From Bacillota bacterium (GTDB taxonomy: Bacteria; Bacillota; Clostridia; Christensenellales; QALW01): a stretch of 45,922 nt of DNA. The stretch lies in NCBI GenBank assembly GCA_029007865.1, contig JAQXIQ010000148.1, positions 1 through 45,922 on the forward strand, read 5' to 3'. Made by a program: the position numbers and the translations under genes. Below are positions 37,657-45,922 of the stretch, piece by piece (the first letter of the stretch is position 1; every line of letters starts with the position of its first letter). Below the pieces are notes generated by a model. It did no database searches. It was not told where the DNA came from and worked only from the letters and a program-made list of their open reading frames with translations.

Positions 37657-38670
37657 TCATTCATTGCCGCTTTGCTCGGCCTGCGCCGTCAAAGCCTGCT
37701 TTATGGTGTCCACCACTCCGCCGTCCACCATGCGTACCGCCTGTCTTACGGCGGAAGCCAGCGCTTTGGCATTGGAGGAGCCGTGCCCCTTGAGCACCAC
37801 TCCGTCTATACCCAGCAGCGGAGCTCCTCCGTACTCGGTATAATCCATGCTCTTTTTGAACCGCTTGAGCGCCGGCATAAGAAGCGCCGCCCCCAGCTTG
37901 CTGCGCAGGGAGCTGGAAAATTCCCGCTTCATAAGGGATGTCATATAGCCCGCTGTGCCCTCGATGCTTTTAAGCAGCAGATTCCCGGCAAAGCCGTCCG
38001 ATACTATAACATCGGCCGCGGTAAAAACATCGCGTCCTTCCATATTGCCTACAAAATTGAGGTTCTTATCTGCGGCAAGGATGGGGAACACTTCATGGGT
38101 GAGTTCGTTGCCCTTTTCGCTCTCGGTGCCCACATTGGCAAGCGCCACCCTGGGCCTTTCCACTCCGATAACCTTGCGCATATAAATATCGCCCATCATG
38201 GCAAACTGTACAAGATTTGCACTCTTGCAATCCATGTTGGCGCCGCAGTCGATCAGCAATACTCCCTTATTGTTATTGGGCAGCATGGGCGCAAGCGCCG
38301 GACGCAGTATTCCTTTAATGCGGCCTACACGCAGCAATGCTCCAGACAGCGTCGCTCCGGTACTGCCGCAGGTGATAAACGCGTCGCCCTCTCCTGCCTT
38401 GAGCAGCTCCAGTCCCTCCACAAGAGAGGAATGGCGCTTCCTTTTTACCGCGGTCACGGGAGGCTCATCCATGCTTATGAGCTCAGGAGCATGCACAATG
38501 CTTATCCTTTGCTTTGCCTGAGGATACTTTTCCACCTCGGCGGCGGTTTTTTCCGCATCGCCGGTGAGGATTATCTCAAGCTCCGGAAATTCCTCCAGCG
38601 CAAGAGCCGCACCCTTGATTATCTCGGAGGGCGCATTGTCGCCTCCGAAAGCGTCAATTATGATCTTCAT
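37657..38670 (-). CDS. plsX: Phosphate acyltransferase PlsX
   Basis: IDAFGGDNAP, GSTGA, DCGAN, DGFAGN..LKSIEG, GGAPLLG, KGHGSS. Confidence 0.95.
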   Translation of the reverse strand: MKIIIDAFGGDNAPSEIIKGAALALEEFPELEIILTGDAEKTAAEVEKYPQAKQRISIVHAPELISMDEPPVTAVKRKRHSSLVEGLELLKAGEGDAFITCGSTGATLSGALLRVGRIKGILRPALAPMLPNNNKGVLLIDCGANMDCKSANLVQFAMMGDIYMRKVIGVERPRVALANVGTESEKGNELTHEVFPILAADKNLNFVGNMEGRDVFTAADVIVSDGFAGNLLLKSIEGTAGYMTSLMKREFSSSLRSKLGAALLMPALKRFKKSMDYTEYGGAPLLGIDGVVLKGHGSSNAKALASAVRQAVRMVDGGVVDTIKQALTAQAEQSGNE

Positions 38671-38788
38671 TTCTTCTCCGTCCCGGAATATGCCCACGCC
38701 GCCAAGCCCTGCCGCAGAACTTACCGCGCGTACTGCTTGCCCGCCGGGTACATAAACCGAACTTATAATATATAATAATAACGCATTT

Positions 38789-38817
38789 ATTATAATATAC
38801 CTGTGACAAAAAATCAA
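38789..38817 (-). promoter_or_regulatory. Sigma-A promoter of plsX-acpP-rnc
   Basis: TTGATT-N17-TATAAT. Confidence 0.55.
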
Positions 38818-38932
38818 GCACTGAAACATTACGGCGGCATTATACGCATAAATATACAGGCAAGGGATCACAAATTTCCGTATTCGCGGCGGATGCATTT
38901 CCTCCACCTGCGGATTGGCCGCGCACCTGGCC

Positions 38933-39012
38933 GCGGCAGAAACAATTCGTATTTATGCACTTTATTTGCTGCGGTAGAAACAATTCGTATTTATGCGCTT
39001 TATTTGCTGCGG
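38933..39012. repeat. 38-bp tandem duplication
   Basis: GCGG(C/T)AGAAACAATTCGTATTTATGC(A/G)CTTTATTTGCT at 38933-38970 and 38971-39008, 2 mismatches. Confidence 0.9.
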
Positions 39013-39070
39013 AATGCGCTCTGTTGAGGCCGCACCGGCGTCCTGCGCATTCTGCCCGGCTTTCAGTCCG

Positions 39071-40324
39071 TCACGGCGCAGTATCGTATCCGTCCGCGCT
39101 TCCGGTTCCGCCGCGGTGCTTCCCGCCGCTTCTGACTTTGGCCAGCACATAATGGGAGAGCGCGCACAGCATGGGAACCGCGGCCGAAACAAGCAGCGCC
39201 AGCCTGAGCCCGCCCTGCTCCGCACTTACTCCGAGCGCCGCAGCCAGGCCTGCGCCCGCTCCCTCCCCGAATGCATCTGCCATGGTCCCGGTGATAAGCG
39301 GAATGACGGCTGCCCCGGTGTCCCCGAAAACCGCCAGGGACGCATATAGCCAGGAGCCGGCAGCCGGAAAGCTGTCCGAAGCAATCAAAGCCGTGCAGAG
39401 GCCGCAGAGAATAAACGCCGCCGTGCAAACGGCATTATTTGGCGACAGCGCGGCCGTAACATAGCACGCAAAAGCGCCGACAGCGCTGAAGAAGAGAATC
39501 CGGCTCAGGTTTTTGCCTCCGCCTTTTATGCTGTAAAGCAGTCTGCCCGCGCCCATAGCGGCGGCAAAACCGCACATACACAGCAGGTCTCCCGCCGCTT
39601 TATCCATGCCCAGTGCTTTTTCCGCAAATACAGATGCCCACTGGTTCACGGTAACCTCGGCCGCCGCACCGAAGAAAATAGCCGTTAACAGCAGGACAAA
39701 AACGGGCGAGCGCATGACGGTGCCGGTGCGGGTCCGCTTTTGCTCGGGTATTGCGGGCGGAAAGGGAGCGCGGGCAAACATAAAAAAGCATACGGCAGGC
39801 AGCAGCGCCCACATAACCGGTATCAGATACCAGCGTTCACTGCCTAAAAGCGCAAGCAGGCCGGTGGTAAGAATGACGGTTATAACCTGTCCCCAGGCAT
39901 AGGCGGAATGCAGCAGGGATACATACCTGCCGCGATCGCTGTCCATAGCCGTCACCATGGGGCTGAGCAATATTTCCGTAAGCCCGCAGGCCGCTGCAAA
40001 TATCCCGGTAGCCGCCAGCATTACATAAAAAGCGTACTCCGAGAACAAAGGCACCGCTCCCAACAGCAGCAGCCCCAGAGATGCAAACGCACATGCCGGC
40101 AGGATCAGCTTTTTATAGCCTATTTTATCAATAAGCGGCGCAAAAACAATGTCTGTCAATATCTGCAGGCCGAAATTCACACCTACCAACACCCCTAAAT
40201 GCACAAAGGAAAGTCCGTACAGCGACATAAGCGGTACAAAAATCAGTGCAATAAGGTTTGTGGCTACGGCCTGGGAGAATATACCCAACAGGCTTGCGAT
40301 AAGTGTAAGCTTGTATTTTTTCAT
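39071..40324 (-). CDS. MFS transporter (FucP-like)
   Basis: ~12 TM; LIDKIGYK, EILLSP, LHSAYAWG, GAAAE, MGAGR motifs. Confidence 0.85.
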   Translation of the reverse strand: MKKYKLTLIASLLGIFSQAVATNLIALIFVPLMSLYGLSFVHLGVLVGVNFGLQILTDIVFAPLIDKIGYKKLILPACAFASLGLLLLGAVPLFSEYAFYVMLAATGIFAAACGLTEILLSPMVTAMDSDRGRYVSLLHSAYAWGQVITVILTTGLLALLGSERWYLIPVMWALLPAVCFFMFARAPFPPAIPEQKRTRTGTVMRSPVFVLLLTAIFFGAAAEVTVNQWASVFAEKALGMDKAAGDLLCMCGFAAAMGAGRLLYSIKGGGKNLSRILFFSAVGAFACYVTAALSPNNAVCTAAFILCGLCTALIASDSFPAAGSWLYASLAVFGDTGAAVIPLITGTMADAFGEGAGAGLAAALGVSAEQGGLRLALLVSAAVPMLCALSHYVLAKVRSGGKHRGGTGSADGYDTAP

Positions 40325-40350
40325 TTCATACCGTCCGGAAAAACGCAAGT

Positions 40351-40374
40351 AAAAGGCCGCCGATATCGGCGGCC
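40351..40374 (-). terminator. Terminator downstream of glnS
   Basis: Perfect palindrome GGCCGCCGATATCGGCGGCC followed by TTTT on the minus strand. Confidence 0.65.
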
Positions 40375-40451
40375 GAAATAACAAAAACCCTCAGCATCCG
40401 TGCTTCCCGCATCAATGGCAGATGCATACCCCGTGCTTGTACGCTCCTTTA

Positions 40452-42113
40452 TTACCGCTGCGCTTTGGCCCAGGAGTCCTTCAGCCCCACTACGCGGTTA
40501 AAGACAGCCTTTTCCGGTGTGGAATCCTCATCCTTGCGGAAATACCCCATGCGCACGAACTGGAAAGTATCTCCCACCTCAGCCTCCGCAAGCGCCGGCT
40601 CACACCAGCCCTGTCTGACAACCAGCGAATCGGGATTGATGCGCTGGGAAAAATCCAGGTCCTGGCCGTCACGGTCATCCAGCAGATAGTCGTACAGGCG
40701 GAACTCAGCCGGAACCGCCGCCCGGGCGCTGACCCAGTGCAGAGTGCCCTTGACCTTGCGGTTGGCTCCCTCCATACCGGAGAGCGACTGGGGGTCATAT
40801 TCGGCATATACGCAGCTGACATTCCCCTGCTCATCCGTATCATAGCCGGTACATTTGATAATATAAGCGCCCTTAAGACGCACCTCGCGTCCGGGAGCAA
40901 GACGGAAGAACTTGGCCGGAGGATCCGCCATAAAATCCTCGCGCTCGATATACAGCTCCTTTGTAAAGAGCACTTCCCGTTTGCCCAATTCCTCTTTGGC
41001 GTTGTGATTCTCCACGCTGACGGTCTGCTCACCCGTATAATTTGTTATGACAAGACGCACCGGATCTATGACCGCCATGCGCCTCAGCGCCTTTTCGTTC
41101 AGGTCCTCGCGCACGCAATGCTCCAGGAACCCCGCTTCAATTACGGAAAACACCTTGGCAACACCGCAGCGGGCGCAAAAGTTTTTAAGAGCCTCCGGAG
41201 TATAGCCGCGGCGGCGCAGTCCGGCTATCGTAGGCATACGCGGATCGTCCCAGCCCGAAACAACGCCCTGCTCCACCAGTTTTTTAAGATACCGCTTGCT
41301 CATTATAGTACGGGTGATGTTAAGGCGGGCAAACTCTGTCTGCTCCGGCCTGGATGGCACGGAAACATTCTGTATGACCCAGTTATAGAGCGGGCGGTGA
41401 TCCTCAAACTCGAGCGAGCAAAGAGAGTGCGTAACCCCTTCCATGGCATCCTGTATGGGATGGGCAAAGTCGTACATGGGATAAATGCACCATTTGTCGC
41501 CTGTGCGGTAATGATCTGCGCGCAGTATACGGTAAATTATCGGATCCCGCATATTGATATTCGGTGATGCCATGTCTATTTTGGCGCGCAGCACACGCGA
41601 GCCGTCCGGAAATTCGCCGGCGCGCATCCTGCGGAACAGGTCCAGGTTTTCTTCCGGAGTACGGTCTCTGTACGGGCTGTTCTTGCCCGGAGTGGTGAGC
41701 GTGCCTCTGTATTCCTTTATCTGTTCCGGAGAAAGATCGCACACATAAGCAAGGCCCTTTTGTATAAGCTCCTGGGCAAACTGATAGGTCACATCATAAT
41801 AGTCGGAGCCGAAGGTAAGCCTGTCCCACTTGTAACCCAGCCATTCCACGTCCCTGCAGATGGCCTGGACATAGTGCATGTCCTCCTTGGCGGGATTGGT
41901 ATCGTCCATGCGGAGGTTGCAGCGTCCGTTATACTTTTCCTTGATGCCGAAATCGATGCTCAGCGCACGGACATGGCCTATATGAAGGTAACCGTTAGGC
42001 TCGGGCGGAAATCTGGTGCACACCGTATAACCGGGGCCGTGCGCCGCTATATCGGCCTCCACCTTTTCCTCTATGAAATTACTGCTCTCAGGTATTTCCG
42101 TCATATTAACCAC
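40452..42113 (-). CDS. glnS: Glutamine--tRNA ligase
   Basis: TRFPPEPNGYLHIGH, MDDTNP, YPMYDFAH, MSKR, GWDDPRMPT. Confidence 0.96.
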   Translation of the reverse strand: MVNMTEIPESSNFIEEKVEADIAAHGPGYTVCTRFPPEPNGYLHIGHVRALSIDFGIKEKYNGRCNLRMDDTNPAKEDMHYVQAICRDVEWLGYKWDRLTFGSDYYDVTYQFAQELIQKGLAYVCDLSPEQIKEYRGTLTTPGKNSPYRDRTPEENLDLFRRMRAGEFPDGSRVLRAKIDMASPNINMRDPIIYRILRADHYRTGDKWCIYPMYDFAHPIQDAMEGVTHSLCSLEFEDHRPLYNWVIQNVSVPSRPEQTEFARLNITRTIMSKRYLKKLVEQGVVSGWDDPRMPTIAGLRRRGYTPEALKNFCARCGVAKVFSVIEAGFLEHCVREDLNEKALRRMAVIDPVRLVITNYTGEQTVSVENHNAKEELGKREVLFTKELYIEREDFMADPPAKFFRLAPGREVRLKGAYIIKCTGYDTDEQGNVSCVYAEYDPQSLSGMEGANRKVKGTLHWVSARAAVPAEFRLYDYLLDDRDGQDLDFSQRINPDSLVVRQGWCEPALAEAEVGDTFQFVRMGYFRKDEDSTPEKAVFNRVVGLKDSWAKAQR

Positions 42114-42312
42114 ATATCCTCTCCGGCCGGAATTGCACCCGGCCTTATACCCCGTAGATTTAATATATTATAACCATTAGCCGCAAAATACGCAATGCTT
42201 TTTTGTGCCTCCCTTTATGCGCTCACCGAGTACTTTTTATTGAAATGTGCGCAATATTATGCTATAATTAAGCATAAATAATTCTATCCTTGCCGGAAAG
42301 GAAGCCAGCTTT

Positions 42313-42798
42313 ATGGAGCGCAGAGATAAAATCAACTACTATCTTGACCTTGCCCTGGTGGTCAGCCAGCGCGGCACCTGCCTGCGCCGCAAATTCGGCG
42401 CGGTTATAGTAAAAAACGACGAGGTTATATCCACCGGTTATGTCGGTGCCCCGCGGGGCCGGCAAAATTGCTCCGACCTGGGGTACTGCATACGGCAGAA
42501 GCTGGAAATTCCGCGCGGAGAAAGATACGAGCTGTGCCGCAGCGTGCATGCCGAAGCCAATGCCATAATAAGCGCCTCGCGCGATCAGATGCTGGGGGCG
42601 GATCTCTATCTTACGGGCCTTGAGAACGACGGCAGCTATGTAAAAAACGCCTGCTGCTGCTCCATGTGCAAAAGAATGGTGATAAATGCCGGCATAGCAC
42701 GGGTGATAATACGGGATGACGAAACCGATTACCGCATTATCAACGTTTCGGACTGGATAGAAAACGACGAATCCCTGATGGGTCAGAGAGGCTATTGA
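42313..42798 (+). CDS. dCMP/cytidine deaminase family protein
   Basis: TCLRR, STGY.GAPRG, HAEANAI, CSMC zinc motif; TTGAAA-N17-TATAAT promoter at 42240-42268. Confidence 0.9.
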   Translation: MERRDKINYYLDLALVVSQRGTCLRRKFGAVIVKNDEVISTGYVGAPRGRQNCSDLGYCIRQKLEIPRGERYELCRSVHAEANAIISASRDQMLGADLYLTGLENDGSYVKNACCCSMCKRMVINAGIARVIIRDDETDYRIINVSDWIENDESLMGQRGY

Positions 42799-42864
42799 AC
42801 AAAAGCCGATGTACGGCGGACATTTTTTCACAGATAACACCAAACCTTAAAAGCGGTGAATTGA

Positions 42865-44025
42865 TTGGACGACATATTTACATACCTTGCCTGGAAAGGA
42901 GACCTTTCGCTCAAGGCCGCGCCTCTTAATGAAACCGACGCGCTGATTCTTTGCCGCGCCGCTTATTTCCCTATGGATGGGGCAGTGCCCGAGGACTTTC
43001 AGAACCATATAGCTCTCAAAGACGCCGCCGCAGTTATGCTGGCAGACGCCGAAGAGCGCAGATTCCTTATGGAGAACGACAAGCGTCTGCTTGCGGAGCT
43101 TGCCTCCTGTCCGCGTTTTGAGCATCTTGAGCTGTGCGGATACCGGAACAATACCGACCCTAGTACCGAAAAACAGTTTTCCGCCGTAACCGTAAAACTC
43201 GGAGACAGCCTTTTTATTTCCTTCCGCGGTACCGATTCCACGCTCGTGGGTTGGAAAGAAGACTTCAACATGAGCTTCAGCCTGATTCCGTCGCAGCTGG
43301 AGGCGGTGCGGTACCTGAAGCAAGCGGCTGCGTCCGGCGGCCGTATTATATGCGGCGGGCACTCCAAGGGCGGCAATCTTGCCGTGTATGCCGCCGCCTT
43401 CTGCGGTAAACGCCTGCAGAAGCGCATTGATGCCGTTTACAATTTTGACGGTCCGGGCTTTATTAAAGAAGTGACCCAGAGTCCGGAATACAATGCGATT
43501 TCCGGAAAAGTATACAAATTTGTGCCCCAGTCCTCCATTATAGGCAGGCTACTGACCGCAGACGAGCGCTTCATCGCAGTAATATCAGAGGAAAAGGGCC
43601 TGCGCCAGCACGACCTTTATTCATGGAGAATAGTTCCTCCCGGTCGCATGGAACCCGCCGCCGTGCAGAACAGCCCCTTTATGGGCAGGTCTCTCAACGA
43701 CTGGATAGCCGGCATGGATATGAATACGCGCAGGCAGTTCTTTGACGCCTGTTATGAGGTAATAACTCAGACCGGAGCCTCCACGCTCTCGGAGCTTTTT
43801 ACCGGTAAAAACGCATTGCTGATCATTAAAAACTACCGCGCGACGGATCCCGAGGCACGGCGTCTAATCCTGCGCGGTTTTACTCTGCTCTACAGAGCCG
43901 CGCGCGGAAATATACCGTTGCCGCATCACCGCACAGACAGCAGCGCTCCGCCCAAGCAGCCGCAAACAACCAAGGACGGCTTAAAAACGGCGCGCAGTAC
44001 AAATAAAAGTTGCGCAAACCGATAG
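42865..44025 (+). CDS. DUF2974/Mbeg1-like lipase-fold protein
   Basis: QFSAVT, FRGTD..LVGWKEDF, GGHSKGGNLA, FDGPGF, PQSSIIG; start uncertain. Confidence 0.88.
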   Translation: MDDIFTYLAWKGDLSLKAAPLNETDALILCRAAYFPMDGAVPEDFQNHIALKDAAAVMLADAEERRFLMENDKRLLAELASCPRFEHLELCGYRNNTDPSTEKQFSAVTVKLGDSLFISFRGTDSTLVGWKEDFNMSFSLIPSQLEAVRYLKQAAASGGRIICGGHSKGGNLAVYAAAFCGKRLQKRIDAVYNFDGPGFIKEVTQSPEYNAISGKVYKFVPQSSIIGRLLTADERFIAVISEEKGLRQHDLYSWRIVPPGRMEPAAVQNSPFMGRSLNDWIAGMDMNTRRQFFDACYEVITQTGASTLSELFTGKNALLIIKNYRATDPEARRLILRGFTLLYRAARGNIPLPHHRTDSSAPPKQPQTTKDGLKTARSTNKSCANR

Positions 44026-44096
44026 AATGCGGTTATAATATATACAACAATAAGCAAACCGCCTCAGTCTCATGATGCGTGAAAGGAATTGTATTT

Positions 44097-44465
44097 ATGA
44101 ACGAAACCATGTATTTCAAGGATGAGAACGGCAACGAGCTCCCGCTGACCATGATTGACGCTTTTGAATTTGAATCACAGCAGTATGCTCTGTTTGCCAC
44201 CCCCGCCGAGGACCTCAAGGATGACGAAGAGCCCGCCCTATACATTATGAAGCCCATTATCAGCAACGACGAGATCACCGATTTCGAAATGCCTACCGAC
44301 GAGGAAATGGAAGCCGTTACTCCGTTCCTTATCAGCCGACTGGAAAGCCGTCACTCCTGCAGCGGAAGCTGTTCCTCCTGCGGAGGCTGCGGCTGCGGAG
44401 ACGACTACGATGACTGCGGCTGCGGTGATGAGCACGAGCACGACTGCGGATGCGGATGTCATTGA
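44097..44465 (+). CDS. DUF1292 domain protein with a Cys/His-rich C-terminal tail
   Basis: FKDENGNE, FEFESQQYAL, TDEEMEAV; AAAGGA RBS. Confidence 0.8.
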   Translation: MNETMYFKDENGNELPLTMIDAFEFESQQYALFATPAEDLKDDEEPALYIMKPIISNDEITDFEMPTDEEMEAVTPFLISRLESRHSCSGSCSSCGGCGCGDDYDDCGCGDEHEHDCGCGCH

Positions 44466-44527
44466 TTCTGCAAACCGGGTCTGGCTCATTAACACCGTAC
44501 CTGAAAACGAGGCCTATTTTATTTCTG

Positions 44528-44556
44528 AAGGCGAGCGCAAATACGCTCGCCTTTTC
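44528..44556 (+). terminator. Intrinsic terminator
   Basis: AAGGCGAGCG-CAAATA-CGCTCGCCTTTT. Confidence 0.7.
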
Positions 44557-44568
44557 GGTTTGTCAATA

Positions 44569-45363
44569 TCACACCATAGGCATTTCAATTTTTAATCCAT
44601 AATCACCCATATATACATTCCGCTTGCCCACGATCTCCACCAAATCGTCCCTTGACATAACTGCTGCGCCGGATGCTGCCATATCATACAAGATATAAGA
44701 ATCGTCATAGTATTGAATGTACCAGTTATCTTTCTCGCTGTAGCGCCAAGCGGTTTTGATAACTCCGTACAGTTTGCCGTCAGCCTTGACATACCATGCA
44801 TAGAGATTCAGACACAGAAGCTTTTTCCCTTCGGGGTCAGTATGCGGCGGGATCGGCAATTGCTCCGCATATTCGGCCGCATTTTCGGAAAGGTGTGCGG
44901 ATATGTTCTCCATCCGCTTCATGTCTTCCTCGGTATAGCGAACCTCGGAATAGGTTTGACTTTCATTAAGCATTGCATCGGGCAAATAACGAAGCAAATC
45001 TTTGTTGTTGACAAAAGGTATTACTTGTGATACGCTATATTCGACCAAGCCAGACGGTATTGGTCTTTCGTCATGAAAGGCAATGCTGTCCAAAAGCTTG
45101 GTTTTTATTTTATTTTGGTCGATCATTACATATAGTGTGTTTCTACCTTGTTTGGAATGCTTCAAGCCTATTCTTACCGGCGTAAAATATTCGCCGTCAA
45201 TAAAACCGCCAAGCAAATTTTCAAAATAAACAGTATCGGTGTCATAATAATACCTGTTTTGATGTCTTTCGATGCCGACACTATTTGCTACAACATCTTT
45301 CATTATCGGCATTAGTTTTGCAATTTGACTAGGCGTTGCTTTTGTGTGTGTTATTTTTCTCAT
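44569..45363 (-). CDS. Hypothetical, apparently chimeric ORF; the N-half resembles a fragment of a phage/mobile-element large polyvalent protein
   Basis: 264-aa ORF; AT-rich 5' half; no clear RBS; lies next to the tRNA 3' end. Confidence 0.5.
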   Translation of the reverse strand: MRKITHTKATPSQIAKLMPIMKDVVANSVGIERHQNRYYYDTDTVYFENLLGGFIDGEYFTPVRIGLKHSKQGRNTLYVMIDQNKIKTKLLDSIAFHDERPIPSGLVEYSVSQVIPFVNNKDLLRYLPDAMLNESQTYSEVRYTEEDMKRMENISAHLSENAAEYAEQLPIPPHTDPEGKKLLCLNLYAWYVKADGKLYGVIKTAWRYSEKDNWYIQYYDDSYILYDMAASGAAVMSRDDLVEIVGKRNVYMGDYGLKIEMPMV

Positions 45364-45473
45364 ATTGGATTTTGAAAAAATAACTTATGAAGAATGATTG
45401 CTTTTCCATACGAACATGACACAAAAATTATTCCTCTTAACCATTGAGTAATAATATATTTATCAGCAATAGA

Positions 45474-45501
45474 ATTTCGTGTTGTATTTCGTGTTGTATT
45501 T
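45474..45501. repeat. 12-bp tandem repeat, possible integrase arm-type sites
   Basis: ATTTCGTGTTGT x2 followed by ATTT, ~120 bp from the tRNA 3' end. Confidence 0.7.
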
Positions 45502-45591
45502 TTAGCAAAACAGCCTTTTTGAGAGCAAATAACGCTTATTATCGGAAAGAATACAATGCCTCAAAACCCGCGTGAAATGGGCATAAATAGC

Positions 45592-45618
45592 GAAAACGCC
45601 GCATTTGCGGCGCTTTTC
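45592..45618 (-). terminator. Terminator downstream of tRNA-Val
   Basis: GAAAACGCCGCA-T-TTGCGGCGCTTTTC hairpin. Confidence 0.7.
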
Positions 45619-45621
45619 ATT

Positions 45622-45698
45622 TGGTGGGGATAGAGGGACTCGAACCCCCGACTTCTTCGATGTGAACGAAGCGCTCTAACCAGCTGAGCCATATCCCC
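45622..45698 (-). tRNA. tRNA-Val (anticodon CAC)
   Basis: Cloverleaf GGGGATATGGCTCAGCTGGTTAGAGCG-CTTCG TT CAC AT CGAAG-..GGTTCGAGTCC..TATCCCCACCA; CCA encoded. Confidence 0.97.
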
Positions 45699-45724
45699 AT
45701 TGTCTGCTGATTTCAACGCTACTA

Positions 45725-45753
45725 ATTATACTAAAAGAATAAGGGTTTGTCAA
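45725..45753 (-). promoter_or_regulatory. Consensus sigma-A promoter of the tRNA
   Basis: Perfect TTGACA-N17-TATAAT. Confidence 0.85.
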
Positions 45754-45780
45754 CGAACATTTTACCCCTGCGTTAAATAT

Positions 45781-45922
45781 CCCTGTAGTGTTACAATTGA
45801 TGTGAGACCAAAGGTATGGAAAAAAGCGATTGAGTTTGTTAGAATAAAGTCACCACAACCCAAGTCTAACGAAAGGAACTCAATCGCCATGGTTATAGTA
45901 ACAGATGTTAATCAGAAAAACA
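45781..45922 (+). mobile_element. Possible left end of an insertion sequence with a truncated CDS (ATG 45889)
   Basis: Extended -10 TGTTAGAAT, an RBS-sequestering inverted repeat and an ORF running off the window. Confidence 0.4.

Noticed and set aside
38761-38800. FapR operator upstream of plsX
   Set aside because: AT-rich imperfect palindrome without a convincing consensus match; no fapR adjacent
38933-39012. CRISPR array call for the 38-bp repeat
   Set aside because: Units are contiguous with no spacer
40452-42113. GlnRS in a firmicute as an anomaly
   Set aside because: Common in Clostridia
42114-42200. T-box riboswitch upstream of glnS
   Set aside because: Promoter TTGCGT-N17-TATAAT (42167-42195) leaves only ~50 nt of leader; no T-box consensus

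Overview
A chromosomal segment of moderate GC content from a spore-forming Clostridia-like firmicute. Housekeeping and sporulation genes include Ppx/GppA, hsp20 with a perfect CIRCE, spoIIE, a PdaB-type deacetylase, veg, TatD with its partner radical SAM, plsX-acpP-rnc, glnS, dCMP deaminase and tRNA-Val(CAC). The main accessory feature is a ~19 kb putative glycan-utilisation locus (10076-29060). Its core is an 8-gene operon: a ~1020-aa solute-binding protein with extra N-terminal domains, 2 permeases, an NHL/TPR membrane protein, a Yip1-like protein, a DUF5696-like lipoprotein and 2 more permeases, with no ATPase. It is flanked by a clan GH-A glycoside hydrolase, an ~810-aa unknown protein and an alpha/beta hydrolase. 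Its promoter lies between two GGGAC-N7-GTCCC palindromes. Other observations: a tandem pair of membrane-anchored surface proteins with a conserved promoter module, two copies of a GC-rich multi-hairpin intergenic element, a frameshifted ArpU-like HTH gene behind a perfect inverted repeat, a nonsense-disrupted CDP-alcohol phosphatidyltransferase, a mobile-element remnant at the tRNA 3' end, and a probable IS left end at the window edge. All family assignments are from motif recognition by eye; no database searches were run.
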